From NCBI GenBank assembly GCA_013203145.1, contig JABMOV010000021.1:10059-74058 (forward strand): a stretch of DNA of 64,000 nucleotides, written 5' to 3'. The notes under the pieces are model-generated. The model was not told where the DNA came from. It did not search any database and was given only the letters and a program-made list of their open reading frames with translations. The position numbers were made by a program, and so were the translations under genes. The DNA comes from Fidelibacterota bacterium (GTDB lineage: Bacteria > Fidelibacterota > Marinisomatia > Marinisomatales > JABMOV01). This document shows, one piece after another, positions 56,259 to 64,000 of the stretch (positions are counted from its first letter, which is position 1; each line of letters opens with the position of its first letter).

Positions 56259-57257
56259 TCAGGGTACTTCTATGGTATCAAACAACCGTTTGATAATATC
56301 TTCGGAGGTCAATTCTTCCGCTTCAGCTTCATAGGTTAGAATAATGCGATGACGTAGAACCTCCGCGCCAATATATCGTACATCTTCAGGTGTGATATAA
56401 CCACGATGTTCGATAAATGCACGAGCCTTGGAGGCAAGAATTAAATTAATAGTAGCTCGGGGTGAAGCTCCATATTCTATTAAACCGCTTAGGTCATTTA
56501 GTCCAAATGACTCGGGATCCCGCGTGGCAAATACAAGGTTTAACACATATTCTTCAACTTTTTCATCAACATAAATATCATTGATGGTTTTTTGTGCTTG
56601 AATAATTGCATCAGAATTCACAACTGCGGAAAGTTCACCAAATGCATCCCCGGTTTTCGCTGCACGCCTAAGGATTGTTCGCTCTTCTTCCTTGGATGGA
56701 TAATCTACTTTTAGTTTAAACATAAAACGATCTACTTGAGCTTCCGGTAACGGATATGTTCCTTCTTGTTCAATAGGATTCTGAGTTGCCATGACCAGGA
56801 AAGGCTTTTCCAGGAAAAATGTCTCTTCACCAATGGTAATTTGTTTTTCCTGCATCGCTTCCAAAAGGGCACTTTGTACTTTTGAAGGTGCTCTATTAAT
56901 TTCATCAGCAAGGATAATATTCGAAAATATGGGTCCTTTGTGAGTTTCAAAAGATCCTGTTTTCTGATTATAAATTAAAGTCCCCAATAAATCAGCAGGC
57001 AACATATCCGGTGTAAACTGAATACGCTGGAATTGGGTTTGAATTAACTGGGCTAACGATTTGATAGTAAGCGTTTTTGCAAGACCTGGTACGCCTTCCA
57101 ATAAAATATGTCCATCAGCCAAAATACAGATTAATATTTTATTTATAAGTTCTTGTTGACCAACAATAACAGTACTTAAAGCGCGTTTGAGGTCATCGAC
57201 AAAGGTGGACTCCCTTGCTATCCGCTCATTGATTTCGGATAAACTAAAGTCACTCAT
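56259..57257 (-). CDS. MoxR-family AAA+ ATPase
   Basis: 332 aa. GVPGLAKT Walker A and ILADEINRAPSKVQSALLEAMQE. Confidence 0.93.
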   Translation of the reverse strand: MSDFSLSEINERIARESTFVDDLKRALSTVIVGQQELINKILICILADGHILLEGVPGLAKTLTIKSLAQLIQTQFQRIQFTPDMLPADLLGTLIYNQKTGSFETHKGPIFSNIILADEINRAPSKVQSALLEAMQEKQITIGEETFFLEKPFLVMATQNPIEQEGTYPLPEAQVDRFMFKLKVDYPSKEEERTILRRAAKTGDAFGELSAVVNSDAIIQAQKTINDIYVDEKVEEYVLNLVFATRDPESFGLNDLSGLIEYGASPRATINLILASKARAFIEHRGYITPEDVRYIGAEVLRHRIILTYEAEAEELTSEDIIKRLFDTIEVP

Positions 57258-57269
57258 ATTGATATTTCC

Positions 57270-58103
57270 TTATTGGGGTAGTGCCGGTTCATCACCAGCA
57301 ATGTGTTTCAGAACGGGTATTTCATTTATATCCATTCCAAGATACTCCAGCTCAAACCTAACAGATGGCACGAGTTCGTGTTTAGGATATTTTTCTAGAA
57401 ATACAGCGTAGGTTTCTTTTGCTTTTTCATTATCATTTAACACATTAGCGTAAATATAACCTATCATGAACTGGGCATGGGCATCTTGACCAGACCCATA
57501 AAATAATTCCACAACTTTATTATAACTTCCAATAGCTTTACCAAAATCACGAAGATCATTCATATAAATATCTCCGATGAGGTATTGCGCCTTTGGAGAT
57601 ATTTCATGTTTGGGATAGTGTCCAATCAAATAGTTAAGTGTGTTCACAGATTTTTGAATCTCTTTTTTGTTCCTTTGCGATTCAGCCATATTCTTTAACC
57701 ACTCAGGAAAATATATTATATCTGCATCTGCCATACTACTCGTTTTGCTAGTCGGATATTTCGAGGTCAATTCAGTTAATATTTCGAATCCACGGTCATA
57801 ATCGCTCATACGATCTAGGTGTAAACGGGCTAATCTGTAATATGCTTCAGGAACGAGCGTGTCTTCAGAATGACTTTCAATGAGTTCATTATAGGTGCTG
57901 ATTGCTAATTCATATTCACCAGCTTTGATGTGATCATCAGCCAATTCTAACAATTTATTTGGTGATTTACCACAACTAGCCAGTAAAACTAATATAATTC
58001 CAATTAATACTATTTTGGATCGCATTTTCTTTTCCATTGGTTCAGTTAAAAAAGTGGCGGAATTTAGACGAACGTCGTACCTCTTCGCAACGGTTTTGCC
58101 CAT
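57270..58103 (-). CDS. TPR lipoprotein, BamD/YfiO-like
   Basis: 277 aa as tracked. The true start is probably internal (M at 58037 or 58025), giving MRSKIVLIGIILVLLASCGK with a lipobox. TPR-like helices throughout. Lies downstream of the Omp85 gene. Confidence 0.6.
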   Translation of the reverse strand: MGKTVAKRYDVRLNSATFLTEPMEKKMRSKIVLIGIILVLLASCGKSPNKLLELADDHIKAGEYELAISTYNELIESHSEDTLVPEAYYRLARLHLDRMSDYDRGFEILTELTSKYPTSKTSSMADADIIYFPEWLKNMAESQRNKKEIQKSVNTLNYLIGHYPKHEISPKAQYLIGDIYMNDLRDFGKAIGSYNKVVELFYGSGQDAHAQFMIGYIYANVLNDNEKAKETYAVFLEKYPKHELVPSVRFELEYLGMDINEIPVLKHIAGDEPALPQ

Positions 58104-58131
58104 TGAAACACCGAAATAAAATAGGAGTTCC

Positions 58132-59955
58132 CTAAAAAATGTAATGTACTCCTAAATGTATTTTCCGATTGCCTTTATCTTCCATTGGGTACGCTACATC
58201 TAAACGAATCGGACCTAGAGGAGTTTCTATTGTTAAACCCGCTCCCTCATTCCACTCAATACTTGAATATTTTATAGATGAATTATTACTTACTAATAGT
58301 CCACCATCAATGAAGAGCTCCATTCCCAATCGCCAGAACAATGGGAATCGAACTTCCCAATTAGATAGCAATCGTATGACATCGCCGTAAGGGATGACTT
58401 CTCCGTTTTCAGCAGATTGAGTTTTAAATCTAAATGTATCCCAACCTCTTAAGGTTGTACTTCCTCCCAAATAAAATTTATCATATTGAATATCATCATA
58501 GCTGGATTTCCATCCAACCATCATTCCATATTTAATTCTACCGGCAAATACTATCTGTCCCAATAATGGGAAATAAGAATTAGCCCCAATATCATATTTA
58601 AAATATTCACGACTTCCTCCCAATAATGGACCACCAGTTTGTCTTAGATCGACATCCAGTTTTAATCCCCGTGATGGAAATAAGGGATGATTTGTTTTAT
58701 CAATATGAATTTTAAAATCAATCGATCGCTGTTCGATATCCGTAGCAGTTTTCTCATTAACCGTGGTCTCTTTGGGGACTATGTATTTCTCCCAGCTTAT
58801 TCCAGAGAGAACATAGGATCTATTCAGGAATTTGACATTATTTTCAATTTTAAATCCGTACCGATATATATTAGGATCTTCACGCCGGTCTGGTTTTTTC
58901 AACGTTTCATAGTATAATCCAATGGTAGTTGGAATTCGCCAGAGGCCAAGAAACCATTGATTGCTAAAGCTCACATCGTATGAAATTTTTGGATAATAAA
59001 AATCCTGCTCAAATGGAATATGTCCCGATACTTTAGTAGAAAAATTCGTTGATGTATGAAACAGACTTCGATTACGCCATTCAATATCTCCACCAAGACC
59101 AGGGATGGCATCATATCCTTCAAAAAATTCCACCGGATATACTCCACCTTCTGATATCCATTCTCGTGTTTTGAATTGACGCAGTTCTATTAGAACGTTT
59201 ACCAATGAATCAGTTTGTACCAACCGAATCGGAGATAGCGTAACTAAAGAAAAAACACCTGTCTCTTTTATTCTCCTTTGTGTTTTATCCATTAAATCTT
59301 TTTGATATAAAGCATCACGCTCAAATACAATTTCTCTTTCAACCACTTTTGGATTAATTGGTTCAACGCCCTCTAAATAATAGTCTTTAATACCGACGTC
59401 GATCCCTTCATGAACCTCAATAAGTAAATCAACAGAATCTTGGATGTCATCCCGAATTGTAACATTTGCATACAACTTACCATATCGATGATGTTCAGCC
59501 TCAAGCACCGGTAATTGCAAGTTTGCAGTTACTGGATTATAGGGTTCTCCAGTACGAAATTGTAAAATATCAAGGATTCTTTGACTGGGTAATATCTTGT
59601 TACCTGTAACTTGAATCGATCGAATATAATATTGGTCACCTTCTACAATCCGAAAATGGATTTCAGCCTTATCATTTGAGATAGAAAACGAATCCGCAAC
59701 CAACACGCCTAAATATCCTTGCGATAGATAGTAGTTTTTGATTGTAATTGCGTCCATTTTTAGAAGTCTACGATCAAATGTTGGTTTTGAAAACCAGCTT
59801 CCTTTTTCAAGACGTAACAGTGGTTTAATATCTTTTGTTTTTATACTATTATTTCCTTCGATTGTAAGACTCCGAACGGAAATTTCATCCTGACAGAACA
59901 CAAAGCTTGCCAAGATTAGAATTGTTGGAATTATATTTTTAGGGAATGTATTCAA
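58132..59955 (-). CDS. Omp85-family outer-membrane protein (TamA/TamL- or short BamA-like)
   Basis: 607 aa. Signal peptide, POTRA-like N-terminal repeats, C-terminal bacterial surface-antigen barrel ending ...HLGVHYIF. Immediately downstream of the TamB-like gene. Confidence 0.8.
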   Translation of the reverse strand: MNTFPKNIIPTILILASFVFCQDEISVRSLTIEGNNSIKTKDIKPLLRLEKGSWFSKPTFDRRLLKMDAITIKNYYLSQGYLGVLVADSFSISNDKAEIHFRIVEGDQYYIRSIQVTGNKILPSQRILDILQFRTGEPYNPVTANLQLPVLEAEHHRYGKLYANVTIRDDIQDSVDLLIEVHEGIDVGIKDYYLEGVEPINPKVVEREIVFERDALYQKDLMDKTQRRIKETGVFSLVTLSPIRLVQTDSLVNVLIELRQFKTREWISEGGVYPVEFFEGYDAIPGLGGDIEWRNRSLFHTSTNFSTKVSGHIPFEQDFYYPKISYDVSFSNQWFLGLWRIPTTIGLYYETLKKPDRREDPNIYRYGFKIENNVKFLNRSYVLSGISWEKYIVPKETTVNEKTATDIEQRSIDFKIHIDKTNHPLFPSRGLKLDVDLRQTGGPLLGGSREYFKYDIGANSYFPLLGQIVFAGRIKYGMMVGWKSSYDDIQYDKFYLGGSTTLRGWDTFRFKTQSAENGEVIPYGDVIRLLSNWEVRFPLFWRLGMELFIDGGLLVSNNSSIKYSSIEWNEGAGLTIETPLGPIRLDVAYPMEDKGNRKIHLGVHYIF

Positions 59956-59963
59956 ATACTTCT

Positions 59964-62900
59964 CTAGTATGAGTAACGTAACCGATATTTTACGTTAAAA
60001 TTACCGGTTTCATCAACATTACCAACTACAGAAATATATCGATTTACTTTGACTTCTACACCAACTTCATTTAATGGATTTGCCAAAGAGAAAGACCTTC
60101 GATAGGCAAATGACAGATTATCCGTTATCCCAGCCTTAATGGCTAATTCTTCTTTACTATTTGGATCAATCAAACTTGTTGCACCAGTAATTGAAACATC
60201 CTCTATAATACCAAGTGCGCCTGCACTACCAAGGTTTGCTAGATTACGTTCTATTTGGGAAACTAATAACGCTCCTAAAAATTGTTGCGTTTGTTCACCA
60301 AAACCTGTCGTTGTGAATTCTTGTTCTTCAAATCGTTTACCTAGTGTGAGTAATTCAAAGATGTCACTAGGTGAATATCCACTTGACGAACTTGGTGTAA
60401 TAACAAGATTGTCAAGAGTACCCATAATTTGAAGAGTTATTACCTCGTCATCGATTGCAGTAACCGCTTCAACTTCCATATAAGGATTAAATCCCTGATT
60501 ATCAAATGCGAGGTATCCATACCCGATATTAAAAATATCGCCATAAAAGTAAAATTTGCCATCTTCAAATTGTAATTCACCTGCATAATCTGCTACATAA
60601 TTCCCAATTTTTGTATAACTAATCTCTCCAATGAGCCTAGCATCCATTTGGCTATTTAGTAGTGTGAATTGATCAACAATTGGAAAATTGATTTTATATT
60701 CTATAATTGTTACGCTATTCTCGGTCGATTCACCAATATCAGTTGAAGCAAACTCTTGAAACATTTCCACATCAATTAATCCAACATCTCCTTCAATAGT
60801 TATTGTATCCCGTCCAACTACAGTAATGTCTGCGTTTACGGATCCAGTGATGTCACTCTCAAGAACATCCATATGTAAATCGTTCCCCTTCACAACAAGA
60901 TCAAACTTTGGTTTGAAGAATTTTGTTAAATCCATTCCCCCTGTAATGGTCAAATTTTGTTGTTTTGAACTACCATTTTGATGCATGCTCCCTGTAAAAG
61001 ATTTAAAAATGAAACTATTATCAAATATATCTGCGCTGCCTGTCACATTTCGAATTGGATCATTTAACAAAAGTGTGTAGATACTGCCATCATTTAATTT
61101 GATTGACCCATTTCTCATTATTTGTTCTGGAACCCCACTCAAATTCAGGTGTAAATCCACATCACCGTCAATTGAATCAACATCACTTAAATACAATGTT
61201 AAGAAATCCATATTACTAAAAGTTCCCTGGGCATCAATTAACAGCGATTCAGATGGTTTAAATTTCGCAAAAAGTGGTGAACCTGGTGTAAAATTAAGTG
61301 GTATGTATCCATTTCCATATATTTGATCGCCATTGGGTTTCTCAGAAGAGAAGGATTCTATGTTCATTCGAACTCCGTCATAATTTCCGATTCCCTTAAC
61401 ATGTCCGAGAGGAATTCGATCAAAAATGGTGTTATCAATATCTAAATCATAATCAAAGATAGTTTTGGATTGAGTACTTGATAATGAAAATACTCCCGTA
61501 GCCGAACCCCCAATATGAAACCATGGTGGCATTAAAGTCATAAACCATTCCATGTCCATATGCGTAAATGATGTTTCTAAAGAAAAGGGGATTTTTGTAT
61601 TCTGCCTTGGAAATCCCTGAGGAATAGTACCTGATAATTGTATCCCCGTTTTATCTCCTATTAATGTCATTTCATCAATATGAAGTATCGAATCATGAAA
61701 TACGAAAGACAATAATAAATCCTGAAATGGCTGTCCTTTTAATTCTCCATTTTTTATAGCGACATCTACTTCGTAGCCTTGTGATTTAAATTCGGGTCGT
61801 GTATTAATTTCACCAAAAACAACACCAGAAAATTCAGGAATATTTTCAGGCGCAAACCACGAAATTATTTCTGAATTTATATTGGATAATTTCAGATTAC
61901 CCGTTATGGCATCATCCCAGAAAGCTGTTCCCTCTATAACCCCATCATCCACATGCAGCTTAAATGGGAATAAATGATTAATAGAATCCTGAAATGAAAT
62001 TTTTATATTGGAGGGATTAATAATAAAATGTGATTTGTACGCCATTTGGATTCGTGATATGTCCAATATTTTGTTTTTATCAAAATGGCCATTTAGCTCT
62101 AAATAATTTTCTCCTTCCTTAACATATAAATGATCAATAGAAATCCCATCATTCAAGAACTGGATCTCTAATGAAGCATTATCAATCAGATTATCTTCAT
62201 ACGTTCCTTTGTTGATCCGTATTCGTGCATATCCTTCATCCAGTAAATCTATATTATTTATTGTAGCATCCAATGATCCATCTGATACATAAAGATTTTT
62301 ATAAAGGATATTCTTACAATCTACATCTACCACAACCATAGGTTCTTCAAAACTACCATTTATGTGGAGTAATCCAGTTGCCAATCCCTGCTCAAGTGTA
62401 TCAGACCAAAAGTTATTCAGTAAAAATGGACTAGCATTCTGCAATTCACAGTGAAAATCCATAGTTCTATCATCAAAATTTGCCCAGCCTGAAGCTTCTA
62501 TGCTGCTTTGATCAATACCGATAATTAACGGATCTGTAATTTGGAGAGATTCATTGGAGTAAGAGGCGGAACCAGACAGGGAAAGTATTTCACCTTGATA
62601 TAGTCCAGAATCTTGAATTTCGGCAGAAATAGATACAGAGGCAATTTGTCCGTTTTCGATATTTCCTTCTAATAGAGTTATACCTGAGATTCGGGTTATT
62701 TTATCACTAATAAGCCATTCACTTAAATCAAAATTTTCCAGTTCTAATGACCCGTTAATCCTACCGCTTTTTTCTATTACACCTTTTCCAAATAATTTAG
62801 CTTCAGAACTTTGTAACGTCACTTGATGCAACTTCATGTAGTCTTGATAATCCTGAACCAAAAATTCTCCACTCATGTCTAATCCTAGAGGACTTTTTAC

Positions 62901-63731
62901 TTGGAGAGTTCCATGGGTTAATTCAAAGTCAGTATTAAATGAAAAATGAATATCTAGTGAAGAAATTTCAGGCTGAAGCGGAACACGACCAAAGAAATCA
63001 GCCGGAATATGATAATCCAATAATGATAGATTCCCCTGCAAATGCCTTACTTTATCTTCAAAATATTTTAAATCACCTTGTAGCGCAACACCATTAATAT
63101 TGGCATTAGTTAGTGACGTAATTATAGTTGTGTTTGAAATCTGAATAAATGCATTTTGCAATTGAATTCTAGTATTGTCTTTAAGATTTTGAATATTTAA
63201 ATCATTTATCGTAGCCCAGATATTCTGCGAATTGTGACCTATTTCCCCTTGAATATCCATATTTATCTGAACATAAGAATCTGGAGAATCAATACTAACG
63301 AGACCATGCAGTTTCAGGTTTTTCACAGATAAAGGCAAAATAAACCTAGTTGGAGATATTTTTCCTTTACCTTCATCAAAAGAATCCTGAGAAATTCCTT
63401 TTGCAGTTTTAATATAAATGTCATTTATTTCAATATCATCAAAACTGATGCCACCAAAAAATAATGAAATTGGGTTAAAATTGAACATTAGATCAGGCAG
63501 TTCAACCGTACGACCATCCGTGTTAATAAATTTAATATTATCTGCATGGATTTTCGATAACAAGTGACCTTCAAATCTATTTATTGATATTTCCCACCCT
63601 GTAGCATTTAAATATTTTATATTAAGTCGATGAACAATAAAAGAATGCCAGATATCAGGTTTGAGGAGAAAATACCCCCCCCAAACCATCAATATGATGA
63701 ATCCATATATTGTGATACGTGCGCGTTTCAT
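59964..63731 (-). CDS. tamB: Translocation and assembly module protein TamB-like (AsmA-like/DUF490 C-terminus)
   Basis: The track ORF starts at 63803, inside a terminator loop. The ATG at 63731 gives MKRARITIYGFIILMVWGGYFLL (N-terminal anchor). The protein is about 1255 aa, beta-rich and repetitive. Confidence 0.8.
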   Translation of the reverse strand: MKRARITIYGFIILMVWGGYFLLKPDIWHSFIVHRLNIKYLNATGWEISINRFEGHLLSKIHADNIKFINTDGRTVELPDLMFNFNPISLFFGGISFDDIEINDIYIKTAKGISQDSFDEGKGKISPTRFILPLSVKNLKLHGLVSIDSPDSYVQINMDIQGEIGHNSQNIWATINDLNIQNLKDNTRIQLQNAFIQISNTTIITSLTNANINGVALQGDLKYFEDKVRHLQGNLSLLDYHIPADFFGRVPLQPEISSLDIHFSFNTDFELTHGTLQVKSPLGLDMSGEFLVQDYQDYMKLHQVTLQSSEAKLFGKGVIEKSGRINGSLELENFDLSEWLISDKITRISGITLLEGNIENGQIASVSISAEIQDSGLYQGEILSLSGSASYSNESLQITDPLIIGIDQSSIEASGWANFDDRTMDFHCELQNASPFLLNNFWSDTLEQGLATGLLHINGSFEEPMVVVDVDCKNILYKNLYVSDGSLDATINNIDLLDEGYARIRINKGTYEDNLIDNASLEIQFLNDGISIDHLYVKEGENYLELNGHFDKNKILDISRIQMAYKSHFIINPSNIKISFQDSINHLFPFKLHVDDGVIEGTAFWDDAITGNLKLSNINSEIISWFAPENIPEFSGVVFGEINTRPEFKSQGYEVDVAIKNGELKGQPFQDLLLSFVFHDSILHIDEMTLIGDKTGIQLSGTIPQGFPRQNTKIPFSLETSFTHMDMEWFMTLMPPWFHIGGSATGVFSLSSTQSKTIFDYDLDIDNTIFDRIPLGHVKGIGNYDGVRMNIESFSSEKPNGDQIYGNGYIPLNFTPGSPLFAKFKPSESLLIDAQGTFSNMDFLTLYLSDVDSIDGDVDLHLNLSGVPEQIMRNGSIKLNDGSIYTLLLNDPIRNVTGSADIFDNSFIFKSFTGSMHQNGSSKQQNLTITGGMDLTKFFKPKFDLVVKGNDLHMDVLESDITGSVNADITVVGRDTITIEGDVGLIDVEMFQEFASTDIGESTENSVTIIEYKINFPIVDQFTLLNSQMDARLIGEISYTKIGNYVADYAGELQFEDGKFYFYGDIFNIGYGYLAFDNQGFNPYMEVEAVTAIDDEVITLQIMGTLDNLVITPSSSSGYSPSDIFELLTLGKRFEEQEFTTTGFGEQTQQFLGALLVSQIERNLANLGSAGALGIIEDVSITGATSLIDPNSKEELAIKAGITDNLSFAYRRSFSLANPLNEVGVEVKVNRYISVVGNVDETGNFNVKYRLRYSY

Positions 63732-63787
63732 AACCAGTTTTCTTTTCGCCTTAACTAACAAAGTTACATGCTGTGAGTTCCAAATAC

Positions 63788-63817
63788 AAAAAAAGCGTCT
63801 CAATAATGAGACGCTTT
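63788..63817 (-). terminator. Rho-independent terminator after the dnaK-like gene
   Basis: A perfect 10-bp stem, AAAGCGTCTC (63792-63801) with GAGACGCTTT (63808-63817), and a 6-nt loop. On the minus strand it is followed by a T7 tract. Confidence 0.8.
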
Positions 63818-63842
63818 AATAAGATTACTTATCGTGATGTTA

Positions 63843-64000
63843 TTAGTCTACAACCTCAAAATCAGCGTCTTCAATTTCTCCATCACTTTTGTCCTTTTTT
63901 TCTTTAGGACTTTGGTCTTTAGGTGGCTCAGGTTGAGCTTGATCATCAGCTGATTGCGTATCAGCATACATTTTTTCTGCGTGTTTGCTCCAAGTCTGAT
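63843..64000 (-). CDS. dnaK: Probable molecular chaperone DnaK, C-terminal end only (gene enters from the right edge)
   Basis: My own translation: ...WSKHAEKMYADTQSADDQAQPEPPKDQSPKEKKDKSDGEIEDADFEVVD-stop. The acidic tail ending ADFEVVD is typical of Hsp70. The fragment is short. Confidence 0.55.
   Translation of the reverse strand, partial: QTWSKHAEKMYADTQSADDQAQPEPPKDQSPKEKKDKSDGEIEDADFEVVD

Noticed and set aside
14683-56950. Short minus-strand ORFs nested out of frame in larger genes: 14683..14907, 16121..16372, 17763..18026, 18417..18623, 20393..20605, 22547..22777, 28357..28554, 36675..36935, 47993..48193, 54358..54552 and 56732..56950.
   Set aside because: They fully overlap homology-supported genes in another frame and show no motifs. 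They are treated as chance ORFs.
724-61326. About 60 plus-strand ORFs of 60-200 aa in the supplied track (for example 724..906, 2531..2815, 13900..14199, 27341..27700, 38264..38734, 43575..44114, 46960..47331).
   Set aside because: Each lies entirely antisense within a longer minus-strand gene that has clear family signatures. Their translations are low-complexity or Ser/Leu/Phe-rich shadows with no recognisable motifs or SD sites. Only ogt (44271..44813) is credible on the plus strand.
1-64000. In-frame TGA (selenocysteine) genes, prompted by the presence of selA and selB.
   Set aside because: No two adjacent same-frame ORFs are separated by a single TGA. The only interrupted gene (ypeA-like) is broken by TAA, not TGA.

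Overview
This is a 64-kb stretch of a low-GC bacterial chromosome. The gene content suggests an FCB-superphylum-like organism (inference): Bat/MoxR 'aerotolerance' genes, a TamB + Omp85 pair, a PorV/FadL-like barrel and a group-II GGGP synthase. I support about 70 protein genes. All are on the minus strand except ogt. Most sit in tightly packed, often overlapping housekeeping operons: gcvT, ruvABC/yebC, batA-E, tatA, pssA-psd, htrA, truA, lnt, ruvX, rel/spoT, dnaB, rpoZ-gmk-yicC, mutS-selB-selA, the rpsP-rimM-trmD-rplS operon, ffh, mutL, ftcD, xerD, gmhA, gcvH, accBC, efp, moxR-DUF58 and tamB. I found no rRNA, tRNA or CRISPR. The only accessory-looking block is about 23.5-31.7 kb, a run of small unrelated enzymes. 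At its upstream end is the best candidate for something new. It is a visibly AT-rich ~1.1-kb insert (30394-31509) bounded by integron-type core sites (GTTRRRY/RYYYAAC) and ending in a 55-nt attC-like imperfect palindrome. It carries an orphan 344-aa Cys/His-motif protein that starts 3 nt after a 37-codon ORF, and it lies next to a GNAT gene killed by one in-frame TAA. Weaker attC-like remnants elsewhere in the block suggest a decayed cassette array with no integrase in view. Other points worth a second look are a psd gene with no ATG/GTG/TTG start (probable ATT), a textbook C2H2 zinc-finger motif inserted in FtcD, an archaeal-type GGGP synthase embedded in a core operon, a REP-like 111-bp inverted repeat covering a start codon, a long repeat-containing S16 tail, and a Bat/MoxR gene set split into two loci. 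Everything was read by eye from the sequence and ORF track. No searches, folds or GC calculations were run.
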